A DNA stretch of 56,631 nt from Candidatus Bathyarchaeota archaeon (GTDB lineage Archaea > Thermoproteota > Bathyarchaeia > Bathyarchaeales > Bathycorpusculaceae). The notes under the pieces were generated by a model that searched no databases, was not told the DNA's origin, and saw only the letters and a list, made by a program, of their open reading frames with translations. Each line of letters begins with the position of its first letter. Position 1 is the first letter of the stretch. Position numbers and translations under genes: made by a program. Shown piece after piece: positions 9,661 through 19,773 of this stretch. Location: assembly GCA_037440545.1 (NCBI GenBank), contig JBBITX010000001.1, forward strand, positions 1 through 56,631, in the 5' to 3' direction.

Positions 9661-10185
9661 ATGGTTAAACGTGGGCTTTTCGTAGGCAGGTTTCAGCCTT
9701 TCCATTTGGGGCATCTTAACGCAGTTAGGGAAATTTTAAGAGAAGTAGACGAGTTGGTGATTGTTATCGGCAGCGCCCAATACAGCCATAGGATTGAAAA
9801 CCCCTTCACTGCTGGTGAAAGAATTGTTATGATTAGGAGGGCTTTAGAAGAGGAGCGAATAGACAGTAGGCGTATTTGGATTGTGCCCGTTCCTGATTTT
9901 CATATACATATGGTTTGGGTTTCAGCCGTTGAAGGTTACACTCCGACTTTCAACGTTGTTTACTCCAACGAGCCGTTGACGAGGCGGCTTTTTAAAGAGG
10001 CAGGATATGAGGTTAAGCCCATACGCTTCTATAGGCGTAGGTATTACTCGGCAACAGAAATAAGAGAAAGAATCCTTAAGGATAAAAATTGGGGCGAGCT
10101 TGTACCCAAATCCGTGGAAGAATTCATTAGAGAGATAGGCGGTGTTGAAAGGCTTAAAGATCTTACAAAGAGCGATAAAGTCTAA
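9661..10185 (+). CDS. nadM: Nicotinamide-nucleotide adenylyltransferase (archaeal type)
   Basis: RGLFVGRFQPFHLGHL and ..ISATEIR motifs. Confidence 0.85.
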   Translation: MVKRGLFVGRFQPFHLGHLNAVREILREVDELVIVIGSAQYSHRIENPFTAGERIVMIRRALEEERIDSRRIWIVPVPDFHIHMVWVSAVEGYTPTFNVVYSNEPLTRRLFKEAGYEVKPIRFYRRRYYSATEIRERILKDKNWGELVPKSVEEFIREIGGVERLKDLTKSDKV

Positions 10186-10960
10186 TCTTGTCCCCAACTT
10201 TAATGTTATAAGTGTTCGCTGCGTTCCCCTGGTTTATTGATATTTCTAAAAAGTCATTGCTTCCAATAATTGCTAAGGTCTCTTTAGCTTCAACATCCCC
10301 ATAAGCCCTACACAATTTCAAATTCAACTTTAACTTGCCAAGTCTAACTCCGATTTTTTCCTTTACGCCAAGCAAGTCAAGGTGTTTAGCCGTAATGTTA
10401 GTAATGATATTCCCAAATCCATCGATATACACAATTTCACCTTCTAGAAAGTCTCTCTTAAAAATTGGACCTGTGAATTTCGGCATTACAATTCTACTGA
10501 TTTTCACCCCTAACTCAGACGGGCCGACACCTCTAGAAAGATGCGCTGCAGCTGGGGCAAAGATATCTCTTCCATGAAATGTTGAGGATACTTTAGATAG
10601 CATAAATTTAGGGTTTGTTATTTCGTAAACATTTTTTATGTCCATCTGTTTGGCCGCTAAAACTAATATTCCATTGTCTGGACCGATAAAATACGCCCTG
10701 CCAGTTTCAATAATTATTGGTTTTCTTTTCGTTCCGACACTTGGATCTACAACAGCCACATGGATTGTTCCATCTGGAAAATATGGTGCTACCGCAGCTA
10801 AAATGTATGATCCCATTCTGACGTTGAATTTCTCCACTTGATGAGTTATGTCAATTATTAATGCGGAGGGGTTTATTTTTAGAATGACCGCTTTCATTTC
10901 AGCAACATATGGATCGGCTAAACCGAAATCTGTAGTTAAAGTTATAACAGGGTTCGACAT
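10163..10960 (-). CDS. SAM hydroxide adenosyltransferase / SAM hydrolase (DUF62 family)
   Basis: ITLTTDFGLADPYVAEMKAVI and FHGRDIFAPAAA motifs. Confidence 0.8.
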   Translation of the reverse strand: MSNPVITLTTDFGLADPYVAEMKAVILKINPSALIIDITHQVEKFNVRMGSYILAAVAPYFPDGTIHVAVVDPSVGTKRKPIIIETGRAYFIGPDNGILVLAAKQMDIKNVYEITNPKFMLSKVSSTFHGRDIFAPAAAHLSRGVGPSELGVKISRIVMPKFTGPIFKRDFLEGEIVYIDGFGNIITNITAKHLDLLGVKEKIGVRLGKLKLNLKLCRAYGDVEAKETLAIIGSNDFLEISINQGNAANTYNIKVGDKIRLYRSL

Positions 10961-11130
10961 GCCTTTCGCCTCTTAATTTTAAACATATGCATAGCTTATC
11001 TGTTCTTTGATTTTAAAAATGGCATATCAACACTGTTATGCTTTTTGACCCTACCTGCTGGGCGCAATTAAAGTGTTGAAGGCTCATTTTTTCACTTGAA
11101 TGCTTGACCTTTAAAAACGCAGCTTTCCGC

Positions 11131-11415
11131 TTAACCTCCATGGGATACCGGAATAAGAACGATATCATCTCCATCTTTCAGCGTTGTTTCCAAACCTTTA
11201 AGCACACTGATTTCCTTTCCTTTGACTATTATTAAATTGTTAGGTTTTAGGCTTCCGAGCTCAGGGTCCACCAACTCTGCTTTCAGACTTGGCAGTTTCT
11301 CAATTATTCTCCGTATAGCCTCTTTTAATGTTGCGGATTCTTCAAGAGTTAATGTTAATTTGCTTTTTCCAGCTAGGCTTTGAAGGCTTCCAACGAACTT
11401 TACAGTGACATTCAC
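11131..11415 (-). CDS. MoaD/ThiS-type ubiquitin-like small modifier (SAMP-like), C-terminal Gly-Gly
   Basis: 94-aa beta-grasp-like sequence ending ...PVSHGG directly before the stop. Confidence 0.7.
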   Translation of the reverse strand: MNVTVKFVGSLQSLAGKSKLTLTLEESATLKEAIRRIIEKLPSLKAELVDPELGSLKPNNLIIVKGKEISVLKGLETTLKDGDDIVLIPVSHGG

Positions 11416-11433
11416 GTTATTCCCCTCTTAAAG

Positions 11434-12810
11434 TTATACAACTACAATCAGGGAAATGTCGTTTACGTTTGTTTCCGTCGGTCCTGTCAAGATTAGGTCT
11501 CCAATCTCCGAAAAGAAGGCATAAGAGTTGTTATTTGCGAGAAACTCCTCTGGTTTTAATCCCATTCTATCTGACCGGGTTAGGGTTCCCCCATCTACGA
11601 TGGCTCCCGCTGCATTTGTGGGTCCGTCAACTCCATCTGTACTTAGAGAAGCTATGACCACCCCGTCTAAGCCACAAATTTTTGTAGCTGCAGCCAATGC
11701 CAACTCCTGATTTCTCCCTCCCACCCCTTTCCCTGTAACAGTTACTGTTGTTTCTCCTCCAGCCACAATTCCGGCTGGCTTTTTAACTGGATTACCTGAG
11801 GCTGTAACCTCACGGGCTATGGCGGCTAACACTATGCCCACATGCCTAGCTTCCCCTTCAAGTGATGTTGTTAGTAAAACTGTGTTTAAACCTTCATCCT
11901 GCAAGGTCTTGCATGAAGCTGTACAGGCCAAATTATTGTTTCCAATAATTATGTTGTAAACCTTACTGAAAGCCTCATCGTTTTTCTTAGGAGTTTCAGG
12001 GATGTTCCCCCTTTTTCCCTCCATTAAAATTTTCCTAACACTTTCAGGTGCACTGTTCCACAAGGAATATTTATGTAAAACTCTTATAGCGTCTGCGAAT
12101 GTTGTGGAATCTGGGACGGTTGGTCCTGAGGCGATGGAATCTAAAGGGTCGCCTAGAACATCTGAAAGTATCAGATTTATTATTGTTGCAGGATACGCTT
12201 TTTTAGCAAGCCATCCTCCCTTAAATTTTGATAAGTGTTTTCTGACAGTGTTTATCTCGATTATTGTTGCGCCGCACTTTAAAAGGTCTTCAGTTATCTT
12301 CCTCTTATCAGCTATTGAAACTCCGTTAATGGGCATTGGCATCAAACTTGATCCTCCACCTGAAAAAATGCATATGACAAGATCTTGCTTGCCTGCTTTC
12401 TCCGCAATCTCAAGCATCTTTGCGGTTCCTTCAACCCCTGATTCATCCGGCGTAGGATGGCTTGCCTCATGAATCTTAATAACTCTTGTTTTATGTTTAC
12501 TGCCTTTTGGAACATTTACAATTCCACATGTAATGTGAGCTCCTAAAATTTCCTCTAAAGCTTCAGCCATTGAGCCGCCGGCCTTCCCGCCTCCCAAAAC
12601 GTAAATGTTTCTGAATTCTTTAACATTGAAACGGTAACCGTCTACGTGGAGTATCGATCCTTTCAGCGATATCCTCGCCCTTATTAGCCTCCTAGGATCT
12701 ACTGCGTTTATCGCATCTTCAAGACTTTTTAGGGCTAATAGGCGCCCATGTTTGTTAAGCTGAGTTTCTCCGTTATCAACGAGCTGTTTCATGTTAGTTA
12801 TGGTTGCCAT
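11434..12810 (-). CDS. Glycerate 2-kinase (MOFRL family)
   Basis: GGGKAGGSMA, SGGGSSL and DG.DGPT motifs. Start set to ATG 12810, which is preceded by AGGTGA. Confidence 0.8.
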   Translation of the reverse strand: MATITNMKQLVDNGETQLNKHGRLLALKSLEDAINAVDPRRLIRARISLKGSILHVDGYRFNVKEFRNIYVLGGGKAGGSMAEALEEILGAHITCGIVNVPKGSKHKTRVIKIHEASHPTPDESGVEGTAKMLEIAEKAGKQDLVICIFSGGGSSLMPMPINGVSIADKRKITEDLLKCGATIIEINTVRKHLSKFKGGWLAKKAYPATIINLILSDVLGDPLDSIASGPTVPDSTTFADAIRVLHKYSLWNSAPESVRKILMEGKRGNIPETPKKNDEAFSKVYNIIIGNNNLACTASCKTLQDEGLNTVLLTTSLEGEARHVGIVLAAIAREVTASGNPVKKPAGIVAGGETTVTVTGKGVGGRNQELALAAATKICGLDGVVIASLSTDGVDGPTNAAGAIVDGGTLTRSDRMGLKPEEFLANNNSYAFFSEIGDLILTGPTETNVNDISLIVVV

Positions 12811-12902
12811 CTCTTCACCTTTTAGGTACTTTGAGTGAAACGCGTAAATAATAATAAGCTGAGTGGCATAAAGTGTTTGCAATGGCGTAATGGTGTAGCC
12901 TA

Positions 12903-13898
12903 ATGAAAAAGCCTAAAGTCTACATAACCCGTGAACTTCCAGAGAGAGGAATGAAACTTATAATGGAAAATTTTGATGCGGAAATATGGCCTGAATACGG
13001 TCCGCCGCCAAGGGAGGAGATAATTAGAAAAGTGAGAGATGTTGACGCCCTCGTCACCCTTTTAAGCGATAAGATTGACGCCTTAGTCTTTGATGCTGCG
13101 CCAACGCTGAGGATTGTTTCACAGATGGCTGTTGGCTATGACAACATAGACATAGCTGAAGCTACAAGGCGGGGAATATATGTTACAAATACTCCAGGAG
13201 TATTAACTGAAACCACTGCGGATTTTGCTTGGGCCTTGTTAATGGCTGTTGCGCGGCGCGTCGTAGAAGCAGACAAATATGTCCGTACAGGTAAATGGAA
13301 GGTTGCTTGGCATCCAACCATGTTTTTAGGTAGAGACATATATGGTGCAACAATAGGCATTATTGGCGCAGGCAGAATTGGAACAGCTATGGCAAGAAGG
13401 GCTAAAGGCTTTAACATGAGAATACTCTACCACGATGTCATTCCGTTGCCGATTGAAGTTGAAAAAGAGCTGGGTGCAGAACGTGTGAATTTAGAAAACC
13501 TTCTAAGGGAATCCGACTTTGTAACTGTTCATGTTCCATTAATGAAAGAAACATATCACCTTATAGACGAACATAAGCTTAGGCTGATGAAGAAAACAGC
13601 GTATTTAATTAACAATTCACGAGGCCAAGTTGTGGACGAGAAGGCACTCTACAAAGCATTAATTGAAGGCTGGATTGCGGGTGCTGCCTTAGATGTTTTC
13701 GAGGAAGAACCGACGCCCGCTGGAAACCCGCTTCTAAGGCTTGATAACGTTGTTGTTGCCCCTCATATATCCAGCGCAAGCCATGAAACTCGTTCATTGA
13801 TGTCTGAAATGGTGGCGACAAATCTTATTGCTTTCTTTAATGGGGAGAAACCACCAAACCTAGTCAATCCAGAAGTTATGAAAGTACGCCCTTTATAA
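12903..13898 (+). CDS. gyaR: Glyoxylate/hydroxypyruvate reductase (D-2-hydroxyacid dehydrogenase)
   Basis: GIIGAGRIG Rossmann motif, NNSRG and [10 protein letters not shown], resembling Pyrococcus-type GyaR. Confidence 0.85.
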   Translation: MKKPKVYITRELPERGMKLIMENFDAEIWPEYGPPPREEIIRKVRDVDALVTLLSDKIDALVFDAAPTLRIVSQMAVGYDNIDIAEATRRGIYVTNTPGVLTETTADFAWALLMAVARRVVEADKYVRTGKWKVAWHPTMFLGRDIYGATIGIIGAGRIGTAMARRAKGFNMRILYHDVIPLPIEVEKELGAERVNLENLLRESDFVTVHVPLMKETYHLIDEHKLRLMKKTAYLINNSRGQVVDEKALYKALIEGWIAGAALDVFEEEPTPAGNPLLRLDNVVVAPHISSASHETRSLMSEMVATNLIAFFNGEKPPNLVNPEVMKVRPL

Positions 13899-13937
13899 AC
13901 ATGTTCAAGTAATGTTAAATTTTCAGGGGTGCTTAAA

Positions 13938-15110
13938 ATGAGTTCTATATTTGCTGAAAGAATGACTACTCTGGGAACGGAAACAGCCTTTGAGGTGCTC
14001 GCTAAAGCTAAAAACTTGGAAAAGCAAGGTAAAGAAATTATCCATTTAGAAATAGGTGAACCTGATTTTGACACGCCTAAAAACATTAAAGAGGCCGCTG
14101 TCAGAGCTCTATATGCTGGCTATACGCACTATGTTCCAGCTGCGGGAATTCCGGAATTAAGAGAGGCCATTGCTGAGCATATTTCACAGACAAGGAAAAT
14201 ACCAGTTTGCCCTGAAGAGGTTGTTGTTACTCCAGGTGCAAAGCCCATAATTTTCTTCAGTATACTTGCATGTGTAAATTCAGGAGAAGAAGTGGTATAC
14301 CCGAACCCAGGCTTTCCAATATACGAGTCATTAATAAATTTCGTCGGAGCCAAACCCGTGCCGATGCCATTAAAGGAAGAGAAAGATTTTAGCCTAGACC
14401 ACGAAAATTTCAAGGAGATAATCAGTAAAAAAACTAAAATGATCATATTAAACTCTCCGGAAAACCCGACTGGAGGAATTTTGACAAAAGATGACTTGAA
14501 GCTCATAGCCGACTACACATCCAATCGGAAAGATTTGGTTATTCTTTCAGACGAAGTTTACAGCAAAATAATCTATGATGGAACACATGAAAGCATTGCT
14601 TCGTTTCCCGGATTAAAGGAAAAGACGATAATTTTAGATGGTTTTTCAAAAACCTATGCAATGACAGGGTGGAGGCTTGGCTACGGTGTTATGAGGAAGG
14701 ATTTAGCCCAGAAAATCGCACAGCTAATGGTTAACTCTAACTCTTGCACCTGCGCCTTCATACAGATGGCGGGTATCGAAGCTCTGAAAGGGCCTCAAGA
14801 TTTTGTTGCTGACATGGTTGCAGAGTTTAAGAAACGCAGAGAAGTTATAGTTTCAGGATTGAACAGTATTGAAGGAATAAAGTGTAAAAAGCCCAAAGGG
14901 TCTTTTTACGTTTTCCCAAACATAACTTCTACCGGGATGAAATCCGAAGAACTCTCTGACTATCTTCTAAACAAAGCAGGAGTGGCAGTTTTGCCAGGCA
15001 CATCTTTCGGAAGTTTCGGGGAAGGATACATCCGCTTATCCTTCGCAAACTCCATTGAAAACATAAATAAAGCTTTAGAGAGAATAAAAGAATTTGTTGA
15101 AAACCTATAA
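13938..15110 (+). CDS. Class I/II pyridoxal-phosphate aminotransferase (aspartate aminotransferase-like)
   Basis: GEPDFDTP, NSPENPTG, SKTYAMTGWRLGY (PLP lysine) and IRLSF motifs. ATG 13938 is preceded by AGGGGTG. Confidence 0.85.
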   Translation: MSSIFAERMTTLGTETAFEVLAKAKNLEKQGKEIIHLEIGEPDFDTPKNIKEAAVRALYAGYTHYVPAAGIPELREAIAEHISQTRKIPVCPEEVVVTPGAKPIIFFSILACVNSGEEVVYPNPGFPIYESLINFVGAKPVPMPLKEEKDFSLDHENFKEIISKKTKMIILNSPENPTGGILTKDDLKLIADYTSNRKDLVILSDEVYSKIIYDGTHESIASFPGLKEKTIILDGFSKTYAMTGWRLGYGVMRKDLAQKIAQLMVNSNSCTCAFIQMAGIEALKGPQDFVADMVAEFKKRREVIVSGLNSIEGIKCKKPKGSFYVFPNITSTGMKSEELSDYLLNKAGVAVLPGTSFGSFGEGYIRLSFANSIENINKALERIKEFVENL

Positions 15111-15117
15111 AACCCTT

Positions 15118-15498
15118 TCAATTTTCAACTTTCTCTCCTATAAGTACCTCAACAATTTCTGAGGCCAGCTGTATCAAATTATCTGCCTGTTTTATGGCTT
15201 TATCCTCATTCACTTCCTCCAGTTGTGCAAGCTGCTGCATTATCCCTTCAATTTCAACCAGACACCTTAATACTGGATCATTTGTTTTTTGAATTTTCTC
15301 AGCAGCTTCCCTTACAACACTTTCTATGAAGGCTGGCTCCCCAAGACTGTAATATATGGCGTTTCGGGCTTTTCGAATAGCTTCTAAAACCAGGCTTGGA
15401 GCCATATAAGGCATTTTTCTAGCCGCTTCAAGTTCAGCTTTGGCTTCCCTCAAATAACGCAAGGCCCATCCCCGTCTATACTGGTCCATCACCACCAA
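15118..15498 (-). CDS. Hypothetical all-helical protein (HEPN-like fold suspected; no R-x4-6-H motif seen)
   Basis: 126-aa ORF that fits the intergenic space cleanly; the sequence is helix-rich. Confidence 0.45.
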   Translation of the reverse strand: MVVMDQYRRGWALRYLREAKAELEAARKMPYMAPSLVLEAIRKARNAIYYSLGEPAFIESVVREAAEKIQKTNDPVLRCLVEIEGIMQQLAQLEEVNEDKAIKQADNLIQLASEIVEVLIGEKVEN

Positions 15499-15541
15499 AC
15501 ACCTCTGCCTCCCTTAAAGTAGATGAGTTGACTTAATAAAG

Positions 15542-15766
15542 TTACTCGCCTTCTCCGGTTTCCTTATCAGAGGAAAATGTCTCCATCCTAGAGTAAACGT
15601 GGGTTATGTACCCTGCAATTTGATTTCGAACCCTTGTCGTTGCTCCATGTATAAGCGCGTCCACGGCGCGCTTGTTATCTTCAAACTTGGCTGAAAAATG
15701 ATTAGGATAACGCCTAATGAGCTCCTTTGCTGCGCGCTTGACGTGTTCTGTCCGAACTTTTCCCAA
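15542..15766 (-). CDS. rps17e: 30S ribosomal protein S17e
   Basis: MGKVRTEHVKRAAKELIRRYPNHFSAKFEDNK. Confidence 0.9.
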   Translation of the reverse strand: MGKVRTEHVKRAAKELIRRYPNHFSAKFEDNKRAVDALIHGATTRVRNQIAGYITHVYSRMETFSSDKETGEGE

Positions 15767-15872
15767 CCTGGCAGCCCTCCACTAGTTTTATCGTCAATTC
15801 CCTCTTCACCAGTTCAAAGTTGAAGTGAACATTTCATTAATTAAATGCCTAATATAACCTTACCGTCTGCCA

Positions 15873-16667
15873 TTAATCGGAGTTTATTTTAACTCCGAAA
15901 AATTCTTCAAAGTTCCTAATTATCTGATATGCTGCATCCTCAAATTTAATCCCTTTAATCTCAGCAATACTTTTGACAACCATTGGAATAAAAGCTGGAG
16001 TTGTAATTTTGCCTTCAAATGGATTTTTATAATAACGTACTGGTCCATCAGTTTCTGTAAGCAAATGCGTTAAAGGCGCTTTTTTAACCACTTCACGTAT
16101 TCCATTAGAGTAAACTACAGGCGGTCCCTCACTGATATAGTACCCCAAGTCTATTATTTTTGGAAGTATACCTATTGGATTGCTGAACCAGTGGAGTAAA
16201 ACCTTTCCCAGATTGTAAGAGGGAAGCATTTCCACAATTTTTGAAGTTGTTCCTCGAGAGTGAATTATGACAGGTAAACTGAGCTTTTCACCTAAATGAA
16301 GCATTTTCTCGAAAACACTTAGCTGTTTATCCCATATCTTTTCGTATTTATAATCTAAGCCTACCTCCCCAATTGCCACCATAGCTTTATTATCTCGGTT
16401 TTTCAAAATTAACTCCGCTGTCAGCTGAATCTCTTCTTCTTTTAAGGCGTTTACATTCCAAGGGTGAATGCCTAAGGCGGCGTAGACCCTTCCAGAATAC
16501 CTTTCAGCCAACTCTAAACTTTTAATGCTTGTATTAAAATCCATGGAGTTGGAAACTAAAGCAGCAACATTAGAGTTTTTAGAATCAGTGATTATTTCTT
16601 CAACGACTTCAGCATACTCTTGATCGGATAAGTGTATATGAGCATCGATAAATATGGGAGATTTCAT
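15873..16667 (-). CDS. tatD: TatD-family metal-dependent hydrolase/DNase
   Basis: IDAHIHL, GEVGLDY, IHSR and ..ETDGP motifs. Confidence 0.85.
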   Translation of the reverse strand: MKSPIFIDAHIHLSDQEYAEVVEEIITDSKNSNVAALVSNSMDFNTSIKSLELAERYSGRVYAALGIHPWNVNALKEEEIQLTAELILKNRDNKAMVAIGEVGLDYKYEKIWDKQLSVFEKMLHLGEKLSLPVIIHSRGTTSKIVEMLPSYNLGKVLLHWFSNPIGILPKIIDLGYYISEGPPVVYSNGIREVVKKAPLTHLLTETDGPVRYYKNPFEGKITTPAFIPMVVKSIAEIKGIKFEDAAYQIIRNFEEFFGVKINSD

Positions 16668-16816
16668 CCCACCACCTTTAAACTTAGACTAAATTTATAC
16701 ACTTTTAATAATTTCCCTTTAACACACCTGAAAATTCCATGTCTATTTTGGCAGATGAAAGGCAATAAAGGTTAAATATTGCTTTAACTTGAAAAAGAAG
16801 CTACGGAGGAGTATTT

Positions 16817-17038
16817 ATGGCGGATTTAGAGTTAGCAATAGCTCCCATGCACAGAATATGCAAAAAAGCTGGAGCTGAGAGAGTAAGCGAAGCAGCCGCT
16901 AAAGAGTTGGCTAAAGCATTAGAGGAAATCGGGGTAAAAATCGCTAAAGAAGCCTTAGATTTTGCCATGCATACTGGAAGAAAAACGATAAAGGCTGAAG
17001 ACATTGAAATTGCTTCAAGGAAGGTTATGGGTAGATAA
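16817..17038 (+). CDS. Archaeal histone (HMf family)
   Basis: 73-aa histone fold: [27 protein letters not shown]...[21 protein letters not shown] lies upstream of the ATG. Confidence 0.9.
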   Translation: MADLELAIAPMHRICKKAGAERVSEAAAKELAKALEEIGVKIAKEALDFAMHTGRKTIKAEDIEIASRKVMGR

Positions 17039-17143
17039 AACTTTATCGCCCCTCCTTTCTTTCTATGTAAAAACCTGTTTCAGTTAGTAACAAATATAAG
17101 TTGGTATAGGAGAATAGCCTCAAAGAGGATCGGAGTCAAACCT

Positions 17144-17467
17144 ATGGGTGGTAAAAAGAAGCTTAGTTTAAAACAGATGGAAAGAATGCAGCTGCGAAAG
17201 GACGAGGAGGATAAAAGGAAAAAAGATAAGGAAAAGGCTGCACCTAAAGAGAAAAAGCCAGCTGGAATATTTATTCCAGACGTCAAAGGCGGAAAAATTG
17301 TAGATGAATTAAAGAAAATGAAAGTTTTGACACCCTACTCCATTGCATCTCGATTTAATATAAGGATAAGCGCTGCTAAAGACTTCCTAGATCAGTTAGA
17401 AAATAGCGGCGTTGTTCAACTTGTCTCAGGCAACCATGACATTAAAATTTATAAGGCAGTCGACTAA
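17144..17467 (+). CDS. rps25e: 30S ribosomal protein S25e
   Basis: Lys-rich N-terminus followed by a wHTH segment (TPYSIASRFNIRISAAKDFL..L...G). Confidence 0.85.
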   Translation: MGGKKKLSLKQMERMQLRKDEEDKRKKDKEKAAPKEKKPAGIFIPDVKGGKIVDELKKMKVLTPYSIASRFNIRISAAKDFLDQLENSGVVQLVSGNHDIKIYKAVD

Positions 17468-17505
17468 AACAAGAAGATCCCCAAAATTAAAACTTTCAAC
17501 TTCTG

Positions 17506-17994
17506 GTGTGTAGTTTGGCGTCTTTTCCGAAAAGGCTATACACACTTGATGAAATTAAAGAAGCTGAGAGGCTTATAAAAAACGGCCATAAACACCGTTT
17601 AAAGGTGATTGGAAGCCCTGAATTTAAACAAAAGGTTAAAGAATCCCTTAAACTCGTAAAAACTGCTGGCTACTATGATTATCTTAGGACGTATATAAAG
17701 GCCATAGTTGAGGTTGAAGGCTTTACTCAGCTTAGAGAGTCAGAGGGGGTTATTTGGGCAAACAAATATGCTGTCGCTAACGCAGTTGACTCTGCAAGCC
17801 TTTTCATACAGAAGGCAAACCACATGAAAGAATATATAGAGGGACGTTTATACTATGGCGGAGACGCTGAAAGGCGGTCAATTGACAAGCGCATAGAATT
17901 TTTAGAGTCTTTGATGAGGAAGAGCCGAAATAGAGAAGTTAGGAAGGAATGTGAAAAACTTCTGAAAAGCTGGAGTGAAAGCGTTTACCTATAA
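17506..17994 (+). CDS. Hypothetical protein
   Basis: 162-aa ORF with a GTG/TTG start. No family recognised. Confidence 0.45.
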   Translation: MCSLASFPKRLYTLDEIKEAERLIKNGHKHRLKVIGSPEFKQKVKESLKLVKTAGYYDYLRTYIKAIVEVEGFTQLRESEGVIWANKYAVANAVDSASLFIQKANHMKEYIEGRLYYGGDAERRSIDKRIEFLESLMRKSRNREVRKECEKLLKSWSESVYL

Positions 17995-18372
17995 TTTTTC
18001 AACCCTGATTATCATTCCACTTTTTACATTTCTAAAAATTTCAAGGTTCTTAGTGACTTTGCCTAAAACATTAACCGGGCTATAAGGCTGGGATTCTCCG
18101 TAAAATATACATAGGGCGCTGCCCATAGGCCAAAAAGCTATTGTTCCCTTTTCAACAGTATTTTTTGCCTTTTCCTCGCCCATTCGAATTGGTATTTCAA
18201 AGTATACCTCCTCTCTCCACAAGGCGGCTCTTCCCTCAAATGGAAGCTTTTTGACAACTATATCGACAGTTCTGGGTGATAAATGGCGGGTAAGCTTGCC
18301 TTCAGCCTCACCCAACCCTTCAATTAAGAATTTTATATTTACATGTGAAATTTCATTTTTCACGCTTTTCAT
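17989..18372 (-). CDS. Cyclophilin-like-fold protein (PF04126-type; function unknown)
   Basis: ...GTIAFWPMGSALCIFYGESQPYSPVNVLGKV... resembles the archaeal cyclophilin-like family. It overlaps the upstream gene by 20 nt. Confidence 0.5.
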   Translation of the reverse strand: MKSVKNEISHVNIKFLIEGLGEAEGKLTRHLSPRTVDIVVKKLPFEGRAALWREEVYFEIPIRMGEEKAKNTVEKGTIAFWPMGSALCIFYGESQPYSPVNVLGKVTKNLEIFRNVKSGMIIRVEKL

Positions 18373-19699
18373 TTTCCTTTCCTCCTCTTAGAAAATTTTT
18401 CAAAATATGCTCAAGGGATTCTGGCCCTAAAACTTTAAGCTCATATTTAACTCTTACTGTTGGCTTGTTAATGGTAACAAGTCTTCTCAAATCAACTGGT
18501 GTTCCAATAATCACAACATCACATGGTGTGTTTTCCACAGTTTCCTTTAACTCAGCTATTTGTTTTTCGCCGTAACCCAGCGCTGGAAGAACAGATCCTA
18601 AATGCTGATATTCCAGATAAGCTTCCCTAATTGAGCCAACGGCGTATGGCCTTGGATCTACAATTTCACTTGCTCCAAGTTTTTTCGCCAGCAATGTAGC
18701 TGCTCCATATGGCATGTTACCATGCGTTAATGAAGGCCCATCTTCAATTGCCAACACGCGTTTACCCTTTATCAACTCTGGTTTATCAGCTGTTATTGGA
18801 GATGCGGCCTCCAAAACTAGGGCTTTCGGGTTTGCTTTCTTCACATTCTCTTTAACTTGAGCTATATCCCGTTCATTGGCAGTGTCCACTTTGTTTATGA
18901 TAACAACATTTGCCATTCTAATGTTTGTCTCTCCCGGATGATATGAGATTTCATGTCCAGCTCTGTGAGGGTCAGCCACAACAATATGCATGTCAGGTTT
19001 ATAAAAGGGTAGATCGTTGTTTCCTCCATCCCATACAATTACATCCGCCTCCCTCTCAGCGTCTTTTAGAATTTTCTCATAGTCAACTCCGGAATAAACA
19101 ATTATTCCATTATCAATGTGAGGTTCATACTCCTCCCTCTCTTCAATAGTGCAGCTATACTTTTCAAGGTCATCATAGGAAGCGAAACGCTGGCATATTT
19201 GTTTTTTAAGATCTCCATAGGGCATGGGATGTCTAACAACCACAACATTTAAGCCCATTTCTTTCAGGATTTTGGCGACTTGGCGGGAGGTTTGGCTCTT
19301 TCCAGAACCTGTTCTAACCGCACCTACAGAAATAACTGGAACTTCAGCCTTAAGCATTGTGGCCTTAGGCCCCATTAAAATGAAATCGGCACCATTTGCC
19401 AGCACTAGTGAAGCTCTATGCATGACGTATTCGTGGGAAACGTCACTGTAAGCAAACACAACTTGGTCCACATCATACTCTCTTATTATGCGTGGGAGCT
19501 CTTCTTCAGGGTAAATCGGTATTCCATGTGGGTAATTTTTGCCTGCTAGCTCAGGCGGGTATATTCTGTCCTCAATGCCTGGAATTTGTGCGGCTGTAAA
19601 AGCAACAACATTGTACAAATCATTATCTCTAAAACAAACGTTGAAGTTGTGAAAGTCTCTTCCAGCTGCACCCATTATTACAACTTTGATTTTACGCAT
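18353..19699 (-). CDS. Cyclic 2,3-diphosphoglycerate synthetase-like protein (COG2403 family)
   Basis: KVVIMGAAGRDFHNFN N-terminus and GSGKSQTS P-loop, about 450 aa. The family assignment is from memory. Confidence 0.65.
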   Translation of the reverse strand: MRKIKVVIMGAAGRDFHNFNVCFRDNDLYNVVAFTAAQIPGIEDRIYPPELAGKNYPHGIPIYPEEELPRIIREYDVDQVVFAYSDVSHEYVMHRASLVLANGADFILMGPKATMLKAEVPVISVGAVRTGSGKSQTSRQVAKILKEMGLNVVVVRHPMPYGDLKKQICQRFASYDDLEKYSCTIEEREEYEPHIDNGIIVYSGVDYEKILKDAEREADVIVWDGGNNDLPFYKPDMHIVVADPHRAGHEISYHPGETNIRMANVVIINKVDTANERDIAQVKENVKKANPKALVLEAASPITADKPELIKGKRVLAIEDGPSLTHGNMPYGAATLLAKKLGASEIVDPRPYAVGSIREAYLEYQHLGSVLPALGYGEKQIAELKETVENTPCDVVIIGTPVDLRRLVTINKPTVRVKYELKVLGPESLEHILKNFLRGGKENEKREK

Positions 19700-19773
19700 T
19701 TGCTGTCACCGCAAAAACTCTCTAAAGAGTAGGGGGTCAATACTACTTATGAAAGGTATAAAAATCTAGCGAT

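Noticed and set aside
12002-12472. Long antisense ORFs opposite recognised genes: 12002..12472 (+), 32706..33344 (-), 38396..38845 (-), 39305..39763 (-), 40276..40722 (-), 21609..22037 (-), 14129..14506 (-), 5450..5803 (+), 2478..2819 (+), and others in the track.
   Set aside because: Each lies entirely within a CDS whose product is clearly recognisable. Their translations are low-complexity and Ser/Leu/Pro/Ile-rich with no family resemblance. They are typical shadow ORFs.
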